Counted from the first letter of the stretch, positions 18,780 to 29,766 are shown. The stretch: 64,000 nucleotides of DNA from Candidatus Cloacimonadales bacterium (GCA_963678315.1 OY782781.1:960001-1024000); one strand, 5' to 3'. The notes: a model not told the origin generated them from the sequence alone. Numbers and translations: made by a program.

Positions 18780-20177
18780 CTATTTATCTCTATTTAGAAT
18801 GTAATGAGTCTTAGGACCATTACCTTTTTTAATAATCTGTCCCTTTGATATCATTTCTGCAATTAACTCAGCAGCTCTAGAAGTTTTAATACCAAGCAAT
18901 TGTTCAGATTTCTTTCTAGTTATAGATTTGTTTATTTCTAAGTAGCTAATTACCTTTTTGTATTCTTCTGTGATAGAATCAAATTTATCTTCCGGTATCT
19001 TCCGGTACCTTCCGGTATCTTCCGGTATCTTCCATTTTGCTTCCGTTTTTTTTCTAAAAAGATTGACCTCAACAAAATCGTTCTTTTCTATGATTTCAGG
19101 TCTTCTTAAATCCATCTCTTGGCATGAATCAAGAATTCGATTTATTCCACTACCCCATTTTTCAATTAAATCAAGCTCTTTCATAACTTTGGCAACAACC
19201 TTGTTACGAATTTCACTTCTACCACTAAATAAATCTTCGTAAGATAGCTTAGGAGGTAATGAGCCAGGTGAAAGAATTCTTACATAGTCGTCAAAAACAC
19301 TTACCTTAATATCTCTACCAGAATTAGTATAATCTCTATGAATCAAAGCATTGGTTATAGCTTCTCTTATAGCTACTATTGGGATTTCTGGGATGTCTTT
19401 TCTTTGAAGTCCTTTAATCTCTGCTGAAATATTGATGTGGTTTAGAATAAAACCTTCAACATTCTCTAATTGAGAGAATATATTACTAGTATACTCTTTC
19501 TTATCACTGAAAGTCGCCATGCTTGAACCTCTAAATCTTGCACATTTAACCTCACAATGATCATAGATACCTAAAAGAATTAAGAGCCCTCTAGTTGGGA
19601 CTATCTTGTCATTTATTTTAAATACAAGCTTCAAATTGAGCATTTTGTTTAAAGTAAGTTCTTTATTTACTTTCTTGAACATATTTTTTAATGGGATTAT
19701 ATCAATATCTTCAAAACCATAATCATAGTCGGGTTCTTCATCAAAGCTAAGGTTATGATTTTGTCGTTCTAAATCAACTATAGTTTGAAAGTCGGCTAGT
19801 CTATTGGTTGCTCCTAGCCTAAAGTAAACTCCCTTATCTCTACCTAAACTTTTAAGATAATAAGGTAGTCTTCTTCCTCTAGGAACATCTATTACTAAAA
19901 CAGTTTTATCATCAATATTAACAGTATATATATCAAAAAAAATTATTGGTGCTATCGTATCATAAATAATTGAACTTACTTGGTCTTTAGTATTAAATAT
20001 ATCTAAGTCATTTATACCAATAACATTTAGATTATCTGTAACTCCAATAATAAGTTTTCCTCCAGAAGTGTTAGCAAAAGCACATATAGCTTTAGCTAGC
20101 TTCTTGTTAGAAGGAATTTTTTCTTTTAATTCAAGAGTTTTACTTTCTCCATTTTCTATTAGTTTTTTGTAATCCAT
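18780..20177 (-). CDS. AlbA_2 (Schlafen-like) + RecG-C/HATPase_c_4 + C-terminal HTH protein
   Basis: GESKTLELK, ICAFANTSGGKLIIGV, AIREAITNALIHRDY, RNK....EKWGSGI, winged HTH ending GNGPKTHY. Confidence 0.9.
   Translation of the reverse strand: MDYKKLIENGESKTLELKEKIPSNKKLAKAICAFANTSGGKLIIGVTDNLNVIGINDLDIFNTKDQVSSIIYDTIAPIIFFDIYTVNIDDKTVLVIDVPRGRRLPYYLKSLGRDKGVYFRLGATNRLADFQTIVDLERQNHNLSFDEEPDYDYGFEDIDIIPLKNMFKKVNKELTLNKMLNLKLVFKINDKIVPTRGLLILLGIYDHCEVKCARFRGSSMATFSDKKEYTSNIFSQLENVEGFILNHINISAEIKGLQRKDIPEIPIVAIREAITNALIHRDYTNSGRDIKVSVFDDYVRILSPGSLPPKLSYEDLFSGRSEIRNKVVAKVMKELDLIEKWGSGINRILDSCQEMDLRRPEIIEKNDFVEVNLFRKKTEAKWKIPEDTGRYRKIPEDKFDSITEEYKKVISYLEINKSITRKKSEQLLGIKTSRAAELIAEMISKGQIIKKGNGPKTHYILNRDK
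18986..19033. repeat. 10-bp tandem repeat (TCCGGTATCT, ~4.8 units) inside the AlbA_2 gene
   Basis: tatct tccggtatct tccggtacct tccggtatct tccggtatct tcc. Confidence 0.9.
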
Positions 20178-20362
20178 GATAACTCCAAATTAATTCTAGC
20201 TATACTTATTACATCATGGAAGTCTCATTCTATTTGTCAAGAAGCTTCCCCAAAAAAATATTACCAACTACCACCCTCTTGTTTTCTTCATTTGCTCTTG
20301 ATTAAATTTCTCTCTTCTTTCTGCTTCTCCTTTTCTGTTAACAGCACTTTTTTATCTCCTCA

Positions 20363-20382
20363 CCTAGGTTTGAAAACCTAGG
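20363..20382. terminator. Hairpin downstream of the ABC operon
   Basis: CCTAGGTTT-GA-AAACCTAGG. Confidence 0.45.
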
Positions 20383-20437
20383 CTTGGAAAATAAATACAT
20401 TTGGGATAGATATTGAGAGATGGTTCAACTTGCTTCC

Positions 20438-21292
20438 TTATTTCTCAGAATAGATTTGATTATAGATATGATCAAGAGAGATTTTATTCTCTGATATAGA
20501 AAGAATATGATTATTCTCAAGTTCTTTTAATTTACTGTAAAGCTCTTTTTCATCCTTTACTACAATCATTTTCTCATGAGAATTATCTAAATATGAAATA
20601 TTGAAACTCTTATCAATCTTATATTTTTCAACTAAGTTTTTTAGGGAGTCAGAAAGAATCAATTTACCATCTTTCATAATGGTTATCTTTTCTGAAACAG
20701 CTTCTATTTCACTTAGATTATGAGATGAGAGAATAATAGTTTTATTTCCTTGGTGAATATAATTCTTCATGATAGTTGAAATCTCTTTTACAATAACTGG
20801 ATCTAAACCTGCAAAAGGCTCATCTAAAAAGAGAATATCTGGATCATTCAGGAAGGTAGTACAAATCACAGTTTTCTTATACATACCTGTTGAAAGTTTT
20901 GATATTTTTTTCTTGAGAAATTCTCCTAAATCAAACTGTTCAATTAAGCTAGCTATCTTTTTCTTTTTGTCTTTTATTCCGTAAATATCAGCAAAAAAAG
21001 ATAGTGTTTCTATAACATTTAACTCATCGTATAGTTTTAATTTTTCTGTGAGAAAACCTGTTTTCTGAATTTGACTTTTAGACATCTTCTTTATATCTTT
21101 ATCTCTAAAAAATACCTTTCCATCATTAAAGGGAATAACCTTGTTAGCAATCATAAATGCAGTAGTTTTTCCTGCCCCATTATGTCCTAAAAGAGCTTGA
21201 ATTTTACCTTCTTCTATCTCCCATGAAAAATCATCTAAAGCTTTCTGTTTCTTATAGGATTTAGTAACATTTTCAAATTTAAATAAAGCCAT
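20438..21292 (-). CDS. ABC exporter ATP-binding protein
   Basis: GHNGAGKTT, LSTGM signature variant, FLDEPFAGLD, SSH switch. Confidence 0.93.
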   Translation of the reverse strand: MALFKFENVTKSYKKQKALDDFSWEIEEGKIQALLGHNGAGKTTAFMIANKVIPFNDGKVFFRDKDIKKMSKSQIQKTGFLTEKLKLYDELNVIETLSFFADIYGIKDKKKKIASLIEQFDLGEFLKKKISKLSTGMYKKTVICTTFLNDPDILFLDEPFAGLDPVIVKEISTIMKNYIHQGNKTIILSSHNLSEIEAVSEKITIMKDGKLILSDSLKNLVEKYKIDKSFNISYLDNSHEKMIVVKDEKELYSKLKELENNHILSISENKISLDHIYNQIYSEK

Positions 21293-21300
21293 AATACCTC

Positions 21301-22305
21301 CTACATTGACCTAATAATTGTTCTCTTCATGAAGAAAATACTCAAGAAGAAAAACACGATACTTATAGCTGAAATAGTAGCTAATAATTGCATTGAAACA
21401 TCATTTCTAATAATCTGCTCTATCAGTTCTGTGACTAATATAAGAGGATTAATCTTTAGAATATTTGCAGTTATAGGTGAAATACTATCTTTTATTGCTC
21501 CATAAAAAATCGATGGAAACCAGAATATCATTGGTAAAATACTCTTCAAACTTTCATTAGCTGTCATTGAAGAGAAGAATATCCCTAGCATAGCTGTTGG
21601 AAAAATAATGAAAGGTAAGTAGCAAATCATAGTAATATTTAAGCTTAACTGCTTTGTTAAAATAGCAACTATATAAAAGACAGTGAATGTAAGAATCTGC
21701 ATTACAAATACACCAAGCAATTTACTAACTATTAATTCTGCTTTACTTATGCCTGATTTTAACAAAATCAAAATATTATGCTTTTTAATCTCAAGATTTA
21801 ACAAGGCTGAACCGTAATTTAAAGAAGAAAAAACTAAAAGGAAGTTGAAAACCATCGACAGGAGAGCATAATTCATTGAGAATTTTTTCTTTAGGTTAAA
21901 ATGTTTGCTTACAATAGGATTAAACTTATTTCTGATTAAATGATAAACTAAAGTAGATTTGTTTTTGTTCATATTCAAATATAGGGTTTTCTGACCATCT
22001 TCTAGGTAATAGATGACTGGTAGTTGTCCCTTGTCAAAATCCACTAGCATGTCTTCTTTATCCATATACTCAATATTAACGGGTATCTTTTCTTCTAAGT
22101 ATTCGAAATAATCAACATCTTTGTCTTCAAATTCGTAAGCCAACTCTTTATCAACCCACACCTTTAGATTATTGGATGAAGACTTTTCCATATAACCAAA
22201 AAGGAACAAGTATAGTAGTGGTAAGCCTAAGGAAAATATCAGCATAATTGGACTTTTGTACTGAATCTTAAAATCTTTGATTATCAAGGCAAAAAACTTT
22301 TTCAT
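21301..22305 (-). CDS. ABC-2 type permease
   Basis: N-terminal TM, soluble loop, five C-terminal TMs; directly upstream of the ABC ATPase. Confidence 0.85.
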   Translation of the reverse strand: MKKFFALIIKDFKIQYKSPIMLIFSLGLPLLYLFLFGYMEKSSSNNLKVWVDKELAYEFEDKDVDYFEYLEEKIPVNIEYMDKEDMLVDFDKGQLPVIYYLEDGQKTLYLNMNKNKSTLVYHLIRNKFNPIVSKHFNLKKKFSMNYALLSMVFNFLLVFSSLNYGSALLNLEIKKHNILILLKSGISKAELIVSKLLGVFVMQILTFTVFYIVAILTKQLSLNITMICYLPFIIFPTAMLGIFFSSMTANESLKSILPMIFWFPSIFYGAIKDSISPITANILKINPLILVTELIEQIIRNDVSMQLLATISAISIVFFFLSIFFMKRTIIRSM

Positions 22306-22660
22306 CTCTCCTCACAATATATTAATCATTAAGATATATAGTCTGTAATTTTGTCTTACAAATAACTTAATATCCATAATTCATTTTTAATAAATCAATC
22401 TTGTCATGACCTCTTCTATTTACAGGATGTTCATGTACTCAAGATGCTTACAATTTAAATATTGACAAGGCAAAAGTCAACATTTTTAATTAGAGTTAAG
22501 AAAGGAGCTTATATGGATTAACACAGATAAAAAGAAAAAATGGCCACAAATGACACGAATCTTCACGAATAAGATTTAAAGCAAGATTGTTACTTTCTTC
22601 ATGCTCGCTTAAAGCTTTAATATAGTGTGCTTTTTCTTAAAGCTTAATGCATCATCCGGG

Positions 22661-24567
22661 GTGCGTCACGAGGTGGTGTGCCGTCAACTGGTGAAAATCC
22701 AGTCTGGTTAATTTTCTGTTCAACCAGAAGTGAAAAAGACAAACTAATACAGTAATGTTTAGTTTGAAGCTCTTTGAATCGGTAAGTAAGCCGTAGCGTA
22801 AGCGAACAGGTAGCTTCGTTAGGCAATTGTAATCGGTTAATCTTTCCCAGAGGATGAAACCTGCTATTTGATAGGAAGAAACAGAAGTATGCACTATCAA
22901 AGATTACCGGAGTTATAACTGGTGGCGTGCTTATAAACGATTGCACATTAAACGTGAGAGAGCCTATTTAATAAGAGGTGACAACCCTAAATGGATTTCT
23001 ATAAGACGGTGTCGAAGTGAAATCCAGTTATTTAGGCAGTCGGAGATGCCCATAGTAGTGATGATATTTGAGACAACATAACTCAAAAGTAGCGAAGGGG
23101 CATTACTTCAAAGAAATTTACAAGATAAGGAGAAAGTTGTGATTGATGAAAATCTAACAAGCAAACGAAAGGCTGATTTAACAGCTGAAGAAAGAGTTCG
23201 AATTTTTCAACGTAAATTATATTCTAAAGCCAAACATGAAAAGGATTTTCGTTTTTATGTATTGTATGATAAGTTAACAGTGGGATATTTTCTAACAGAA
23301 GCTTGGAGAAGGGTGAAGTTGAACAATGGGATTGCAGGATATGATAAGAAGAGTTTCTCTGATATTGAAGAATATGGAGTAACAGACTTTCTCTTTGAAA
23401 TTCAACAAGAACTAAAAGATGCAACTTATAAACCATCTCCAATACTTCGAGTATATATTCCAAAAGCAAATGGTAAAATGAGACCATTAGGAATTCCAAC
23501 TATCAAAGATAGAGTTGTTCAGATGTGTTGTAAACTAATAATAGAACCAATCTTTGAAGCAGACTTTGAAGATTGTTCTCATGGTTTCAGACCAAAGCGT
23601 TCAGCACATGGAGCTATAAAGGAAATTAAGTCTAATCTAAAGGCTGGAAAAACAGAAGTATATGATGCTGATTTATCAGGTTATTTCGATAATATTCCAC
23701 ACGATAAACTGATGTATCTTGTTGAAAGAAGAATAACAGATAAAAGAGTATTAAAACTTATTAAAATGTGGTTAAAAGCACCATACTTTGAAAAGAATAA
23801 ATTGCACAAGAGTAAAAAGGGAACACCTCAAGGAGGCGTTATTTCTCCTTTACTAGCAAATATATACTTAAATCTTGTTGATAAAGCTGTCAATAGAGAA
23901 GATGGATTTTTTCGCTAAAAGAGGCATAAAAATAGTTCGTTATGCTGATGACTTTATCCTAATGGGAAATAAAATACCTAAAGAATGCTTATCGTATTTA
24001 CACAGAATACTAGAGAAAATGGAATTAACCATTAACATGGAAAAAACGAAACACTTGAATGCAACAAAGCTATCCTTTGACTTTTTAGGTTTTACTTTTA
24101 GGTTTGATAAATCTTTTTACAATTGGTATGGTTATTACTGGAATGTTATTCCAAGTAAAAAGAGTGTCAAAAAGTTCAAGGCAAATATAAAACATTGTCT
24201 TATGAATAATGGACACTCATCTAATTATACTTTAGTAAAGAAACTCAATCCCATATTAAGAGGTTGGGTTAACTACTTCACAATACCAAAAGTAAGCTAC
24301 CCAGCTAAAGCCAAAGATAGTGTTAATACATATCTCTTTTTTAGTTTAAAGAGGTATTACAAACGCAAGAGTCAGAAGAGCTGTAAGCTTTATCGTCAAA
24401 ATGCTCATGCCAAGTTAATTAGGTATTATGGTCTATATAACTTAGCATACAGAACACCCTGACAAACTTGTGAAAGCTTAGAAAGAACTTTGTCGGTAAG
24501 CCGTGTGCGGGAAAACCGCATGCACGGTTTGAAGAGGGGGGCAGGTGAAAACCTGTCTCTACTCTAC
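22661..24567 (+). mobile_element. Group II intron (AGC-triad domain V, no endonuclease domain)
   Basis: 5' GTGCG at 22661; domain V AAGCCGTGTGCGGGAAAACCGCATGCACGGTTT near 24498-24530; domain VI ending CTACTCTAC at 24567; internal RT-maturase ORF. Confidence 0.92.
23139..24462 (+). pseudogene. ltrA: Group II intron reverse transcriptase/maturase, frameshifted at the T6 run 23907-23912
   Basis: First ORF has RPLGIPTIKDR, GFRP, DADLSGYFD, GTPQGGVISPLLANIYL; second has VRYADDF, FDFLGF, LNPILRGWVNYF. Removing one T fuses them (..DGFFAKRG..). Confidence 0.9.
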
Positions 24568-24674
24568 TTTAACAGTTAGTTTATCTTCGATTGCATGTAT
24601 TCTAAGCTTGGTCAATAAATCGTCTGGTAGTTCTACAGTAAGTCTTGCAAAAGTGAACTTTTCTCAGTTTTCAT
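24568..24674 (-). pseudogene. Ribbon-helix-helix (CopG/ParG-like) gene fragment abutting the intron
   Basis: GGAG RBS and ATG at 24674. After a one-base shift in an A4 run it reads FARLTVELPDDLLTKLRIHAIEDKLTVK up to the intron boundary. Confidence 0.55.
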
Positions 24675-24789
24675 CAAATTACTCCATAGACTTGCTTTTT
24701 ATTGACAAAAAGCATATTTTTCTTGACTTAATGAGATATTGACAACTAATTAGTAAATAATTGATCATACATAAATATTGAGGTTTTTG

Positions 24790-27700
24790 ATGAACGTTAA
24801 GGTTATAGATAATAAACAAAATGGTTTACTTGGACATGAATTAAATAATATCATAAATGATGATGCAACTATTTCTATTACAACATCATACTTGACTATA
24901 TATGCACTAGAAGAACTGCATAAAAAACTAGCTAAGTCATCTAAATTAAGATTACTATTAGACAAGAATCCTTTTGTAGATAATGATAAATTAATTTCAC
25001 CAACCATTTACTTTGGTGACAATTCAGAGCTTTCATTGAAGAATAAACTAAACATTGCCTATCTTTCAAAGAAATGTTCCGAGTTACTGGAAAACAAAGC
25101 TGATATAAAAGCTATTAATCCTGGTATTGCTGGAAGCCCAATAACTCATATTATTGATAAGCAAGGTTCTCATACACTTTTACCATCTCCAACATTCTAT
25201 AATTCTCAATCTTTAGGTTATCTACCATCTAAACAACTCTCAATATTCAACCTTACATCTTTTAACAAGGATGAAGAAAACCCTTACAGTACATATTTTG
25301 AGACTTTGTGGTCAGATAAGAATAACACTGTCGATATTAAGAATGATATTCTAAAGCAATTAGATAGAGGATACAAAGACTATACTCCCCAAGAATTATA
25401 CTATTTTACATTGTACCATATATTCAAAGATAGTCTAGATGGTGTTGATGAAGATAAAGTAGTTAAATCAAAGACTGGTTTTAAAGATACAATTGTCTGG
25501 AATAAACTTTATAACTTTCAGAAGGATGGTGTACTTGGTGCTATTGATAAAATTGAAAAGCACAACGGCTGCATCATAGCTGATAGTGTAGGACTAGGTA
25601 AAACTTTCGAAGCACTTGCTGTGATAAAATACTACGAACTAAGAAATCATAGAGTACTTGTTTTATGTCCTAAGAAGCTGAGAGATAATTGGACTGTTTA
25701 TACTTTAAATGACACTCGTAATACTCTTTTGAAAGATAGATTTAATTATGATGTTTTGAATCATACTGATTTAACCAGAGAGTCTGGTTTTTCTGGTGAA
25801 ATGAACCTTGAAACTATCAACTGGAGTAATTATGATTTGGTTGTTATTGATGAATCCCACAACTTCAGGAATGGCTTCGCTAGATCTTCAGCAATAAAGA
25901 TAACAAGATATAGTCGATTAATGGACCAAATTATTAAATCAGGTGTTAGAACTAAAGTACTAATGCTGTCAGCAACACCCGTAAATAGTCGAATGAATGA
26001 TTTAAAAAACCAAGTAGCTTTCATTACTGAAGGTGATGAATTAGCTTTTGAAGACTATGGAGTTAATAATATTTCCTCTGTTATGAAACAAGCTCAAGGT
26101 CAGTTCAATAAATGGCTGAAGGAAAAGAAAGATAATAAGGATGTAGCTTCTAGTAAGTCTTTGCTTGAATCTATTGATGCACGCTACTTCAAATTGCTAG
26201 ATCTACTAACTATTGCTCGTTCACGTAAACATATAGAAAAATACTATGATGTTACTCGAATAGGTAAGTTTCCTGAAAGATTGAAGCCAATAAACATAAA
26301 ATCTGATATTGATTTAGATAATAGTTTTCCAGAATTAAAAGAGATTAATCGTAAAATTAGAAAGTTGAATTTATCGGCTTACTCTCCGATTAAATATGTT
26401 AGACCAGAAAAGCAAGATGAGTATAAAAGAAGATATGACCTAAAACTTGCAAAAGGTAGTGTATTTAGGCAAATCGACCGTGAACAGAGTCTTATTCAGT
26501 TAATGCGTGTGAACATGTTCAAACGTATGGAAAGCTCTATAAATTCATTTACTTTAACTCTCAAGAAGTTCTTAAAACAGGTAAATGCTATGTTAGAAAA
26601 GATTGATAATCATGCTGAGTTATACCAATCTGACCTAAACATAGAAGAGATTGATTTTGATGATACAAGTGTTGAGAGTTATCTGATAGGAAACAAGGTT
26701 AAAGTACTTATCCAAGATATGGATATTATCAAATGGAAACAGGATCTTAGAGAAGATAAAGAAAAACTATCTCATCTACTAAATGAAGCTCAAAAAATAA
26801 CATCTGCTAGAGATGCTAAACTAGGAGATTTAAAAGACATTATTCGCAATAAAATCAAAAACCCTATTAATGCTTCAAATAGAAAGATAATAGTCTTTAC
26901 TGCTTTTGCTGATACAGCTTCTTATCTTTACGATAATCTTGCTGAATGGGCACTTTCTGAGCTTGATATCAACTCAGCTGTAGTTAGTGGTTCAAAAGCT
27001 CTAAAAACTAATCTACAGGGTGTTAAATCAAGATATAATGATATTCTAACAAACTTCTCTCCTATTTCTAAAGAGAGGGTATTAAAAAACTCTGAGACAG
27101 ATAAAGAAATAGATCTACTTATTGCTACTGATTGTATTTCTGAAGGACAAAACTTACAGGATTGTGACTACCTTATAAACTATGATATTCACTGGAATCC
27201 AGTAAGGATTATCCAGAGATTTGGTCGTATTGATAGAATTGGTTCTAAGAACAATCAGATTCAATTAGTTAATTTCTGGGCTAATATGGAACTGGATGAA
27301 TACATAAACCTAGAAGCTAGGGTTAGTGGTAGAATGAAGCTTTTAGATATTTCAGCTACAGGCGAAGAAAATGTAATAGAGTCGAATCCTGAAATGAATG
27401 ATTTAGCTTACAGAAGAAAGCAACTTGAACAGCTTCAGAGTAAAGTCATAGATTTAGAAGATATTCAAGGTGGAATATCTATAACAGACTTAACATTCAA
27501 TGATTTTAAGGTTGAGCTTTTGGACTATCTGAGACATAATCAAGATGAGTTAGAAAGAACCCCTACTTCAATTCATGCTATTACTAAATTAAATAGCTCC
27601 GAGATTCCTCCAGGTGCAATATTCTGTTTGAAACAGATAACAGGTTCAACTGATAAAAACAAAGCTTATAATGCTCTTGAACCATACTACTTAGTCTATA

Positions 27701-28026
27701 TAGATTATGATGGTAATATCAAGTTCACTCTAGCACAGAGTAAGCAGATACTAGACTATTTCCAGAAGCTATGTTCAGGAAGTAAGGAAATTTACCAGGA
27801 CTTACTTAAAAGCTTCTCGAGAGATACGAAAAAGGGAAAGGATATGTCTTGTTACACTGAGATGCTAGAGTATGCGGTAGATAATATATTAGGAATTAAA
27901 CGTGAAAAAGGATTGGCAAGCTTGTTTAAGACAGGAGGAATAAATCTAACTAAAAAAGATAATTCATGGATAAAAGACTTTGAAGTAATATCGTTTCTCG
28001 TCATCGAGAAAGAAATTACTAATTGA
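24790..28026 (+). CDS. SNF2-family helicase with degenerate PLD-like N-terminal domain
   Basis: ADSVGLGKT, IDESHNFRN, LSATP, ATDCISEGQNLQ, WNPVRIIQRFGRIDRIG. No intact HxK motif seen in the N-domain. Start placed at the ATG after GAGG. Confidence 0.9.
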   Translation: MNVKVIDNKQNGLLGHELNNIINDDATISITTSYLTIYALEELHKKLAKSSKLRLLLDKNPFVDNDKLISPTIYFGDNSELSLKNKLNIAYLSKKCSELLENKADIKAINPGIAGSPITHIIDKQGSHTLLPSPTFYNSQSLGYLPSKQLSIFNLTSFNKDEENPYSTYFETLWSDKNNTVDIKNDILKQLDRGYKDYTPQELYYFTLYHIFKDSLDGVDEDKVVKSKTGFKDTIVWNKLYNFQKDGVLGAIDKIEKHNGCIIADSVGLGKTFEALAVIKYYELRNHRVLVLCPKKLRDNWTVYTLNDTRNTLLKDRFNYDVLNHTDLTRESGFSGEMNLETINWSNYDLVVIDESHNFRNGFARSSAIKITRYSRLMDQIIKSGVRTKVLMLSATPVNSRMNDLKNQVAFITEGDELAFEDYGVNNISSVMKQAQGQFNKWLKEKKDNKDVASSKSLLESIDARYFKLLDLLTIARSRKHIEKYYDVTRIGKFPERLKPINIKSDIDLDNSFPELKEINRKIRKLNLSAYSPIKYVRPEKQDEYKRRYDLKLAKGSVFRQIDREQSLIQLMRVNMFKRMESSINSFTLTLKKFLKQVNAMLEKIDNHAELYQSDLNIEEIDFDDTSVESYLIGNKVKVLIQDMDIIKWKQDLREDKEKLSHLLNEAQKITSARDAKLGDLKDIIRNKIKNPINASNRKIIVFTAFADTASYLYDNLAEWALSELDINSAVVSGSKALKTNLQGVKSRYNDILTNFSPISKERVLKNSETDKEIDLLIATDCISEGQNLQDCDYLINYDIHWNPVRIIQRFGRIDRIGSKNNQIQLVNFWANMELDEYINLEARVSGRMKLLDISATGEENVIESNPEMNDLAYRRKQLEQLQSKVIDLEDIQGGISITDLTFNDFKVELLDYLRHNQDELERTPTSIHAITKLNSSEIPPGAIFCLKQITGSTDKNKAYNALEPYYLVYIDYDGNIKFTLAQSKQILDYFQKLCSGSKEIYQDLLKSFSRDTKKGKDMSCYTEMLEYAVDNILGIKREKGLASLFKTGGINLTKKDNSWIKDFEVISFLVIEKEITN

Positions 28027-28078
28027 GAATTGATAATAACCTGTTTGCCGACCGGCAGGGAATGGATAATGGATAATT
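28021..28078 (+). repeat. Heptamer array A (AATKGAK orientation) with embedded GC-rich mini-hairpin
   Basis: aattgag aattgat aat[aacctgtttgccgaccggcaggg]aatggat aatggat aatt. Confidence 0.8.
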
Positions 28079-28108
28079 TCTTGCTTAAAAGATATTAAGG
28101 AAGTGTTG

Positions 28109-28939
28109 ATGAAAATAAATAAACAGATAAGTGTTGAGGGTATAACAGTATCAATGTTTAATAATAACAACAATGATTACATATCATTGACTGATATTGC
28201 TAAGAGTAAAGAGGGAGATTCAAGGGCTGCAGATATTATTAAAAACTGGATTAGAAATAGAAGCACTTTGGAGTTTATAGGTACTTGGGAGCTTATTCAT
28301 AATCCTGAATTTAAAGTGGTAGAATTCGACCACTTTAGATTAAATTCTGGTTTAACCTCTTTTGTACTTAGTCCAGGTAAATGGATTGAGTCAACTAATG
28401 CCATAGGAATAGTTGTTAAAAAAGGAAGATATGGTGGAACTTATGCTCATAAAGATATAGCATTAGAATTTTGTTCTGCTATTAGTCCTATTTTTAAGTT
28501 ATATTTGATTAAAGAGTTTCAGCGCTTAAAAGATGAAGAGCAAAAACTATTAGGCTGGACTACTAAACGACTTCTAACAAAAGTTAATTATCAGATTCAT
28601 ACAGATGCAATAAAAGAAAAATTGATACCTGATTATCTAACACCAAAGCAAGTATCATTTGTTTATGCTTCTGAAGCTGATGTTTTGAACATGGCTCTTT
28701 ATGGCAAAACAGCAAAACAATGGAAATTGGAAAACCCAGATAGTAAAGGTAACTTACGTGACTTTTCAAGTATTGAGCAATTAGTATGTTTGGCTAATCT
28801 AGAAAATTTGAATGCACTATTTATAAAAGAAGGTCTTACTCAAGCTCAAAGATTGATAAAACTAAATCATATTGCTATCCAACAGCTACACATCTTATCA
28901 AAAAATAAGAAGAGACTAGTTGAAATTAATAAAGAATAG
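28109..28939 (+). CDS. KilA-N domain DNA-binding protein
   Basis: DYISLTDIAK, IKNWIRNRSTLEFIG.WE, GRYGGTYAHKDIALEF, NY.IHTDAIKE. Confidence 0.92.
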   Translation: MKINKQISVEGITVSMFNNNNNDYISLTDIAKSKEGDSRAADIIKNWIRNRSTLEFIGTWELIHNPEFKVVEFDHFRLNSGLTSFVLSPGKWIESTNAIGIVVKKGRYGGTYAHKDIALEFCSAISPIFKLYLIKEFQRLKDEEQKLLGWTTKRLLTKVNYQIHTDAIKEKLIPDYLTPKQVSFVYASEADVLNMALYGKTAKQWKLENPDSKGNLRDFSSIEQLVCLANLENLNALFIKEGLTQAQRLIKLNHIAIQQLHILSKNKKRLVEINKE

Positions 28940-28974
28940 TTTCGTGTTTTTTGTGGTTAAATAATAGGAGTTAT

Positions 28975-29004
28975 TATTGAATTCTGAATTATCAATTATC
29001 AATT
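28975..29004 (-). repeat. Heptamer array B (inverse orientation) overlapping the DUF4391 start
   Basis: tattg aattctg aattatc aattatc aatt; translated as NSELSIIN. Confidence 0.75.
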
Positions 29005-29744
29005 TACTAAAGATCCCGGAAAGATCAATTCAAAATCAAAAGCTTACTAAGAAAAGTATTCTAGAGAATGCTAATCTTAAAGCTTCATCTAAGAAAGTAA
29101 TTAGAGATGATATAGACGAGATGCTAATAGTAGCTTTAGTAGACCCTAAGTCTTCTAACATTAATGCTTATGAAGATGATAACTATAGCATTGATGCTAT
29201 TCTACTGATTCAAGTTCTTCTTAAGAAGAGAGAGTCCTTGACCAAAGTTGCAGAGATTCTTCACACAGTTATTCCCTATCAGTTGCTAATTGTATTTTCT
29301 TACCAAGATGAGCTAAGCTTCAATATTGCCGATAAGAGAATTAATCAAGTAGATAAAGATAAGCGTATTATAGGTAATTATACTTTTACTGAATGGTTAA
29401 AAACAGGAGATGATAAGCTTAACAAGTTTATTGATAGTATTGCCTTTTCAAACTTGTCTCACCTTAATCTGAAGGCTTTCTATGATGATATAAGAACCAG
29501 GATATATAATCTAAAGACATCATTGATTAATGGAGAATTTCAAGCAAAGTCTATTGAGGAAAGTCAAGATGATATTATATTATTACGAAAGATAAAAGAA
29601 ATTAATGCTGAAATATTAAAACTAAAGAATACTTATAAGAAAGAGATTAACTTTAATGCTAAAGTTAAGTTAAATGTAGAAATAAAGAAGTTAGAAAAAG
29701 AAAAAGAATTTTTATTCAGTAACTTTAAATATTCAGAACACTAG
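28977..29744 (+). CDS. DUF4391 family protein
   Basis: ILHTVIPYQLLIVF, ADKRINQ, C-terminal coiled coil KKEINFNAKVKLN; usual position between the SNF2 helicase and type III mod. Confidence 0.8.
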   Translation: MNSELSIINLLKIPERSIQNQKLTKKSILENANLKASSKKVIRDDIDEMLIVALVDPKSSNINAYEDDNYSIDAILLIQVLLKKRESLTKVAEILHTVIPYQLLIVFSYQDELSFNIADKRINQVDKDKRIIGNYTFTEWLKTGDDKLNKFIDSIAFSNLSHLNLKAFYDDIRTRIYNLKTSLINGEFQAKSIEESQDDIILLRKIKEINAEILKLKNTYKKEINFNAKVKLNVEIKKLEKEKEFLFSNFKYSEH

Positions 29745-29766
29745 CAATTATACATTTGGAGATAAA

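Noticed and set aside
22644..22946. Minus-strand ORFs of 100 and 82 aa
   Set aside because: They are antisense to intron RNA domain I and have no protein-like features.
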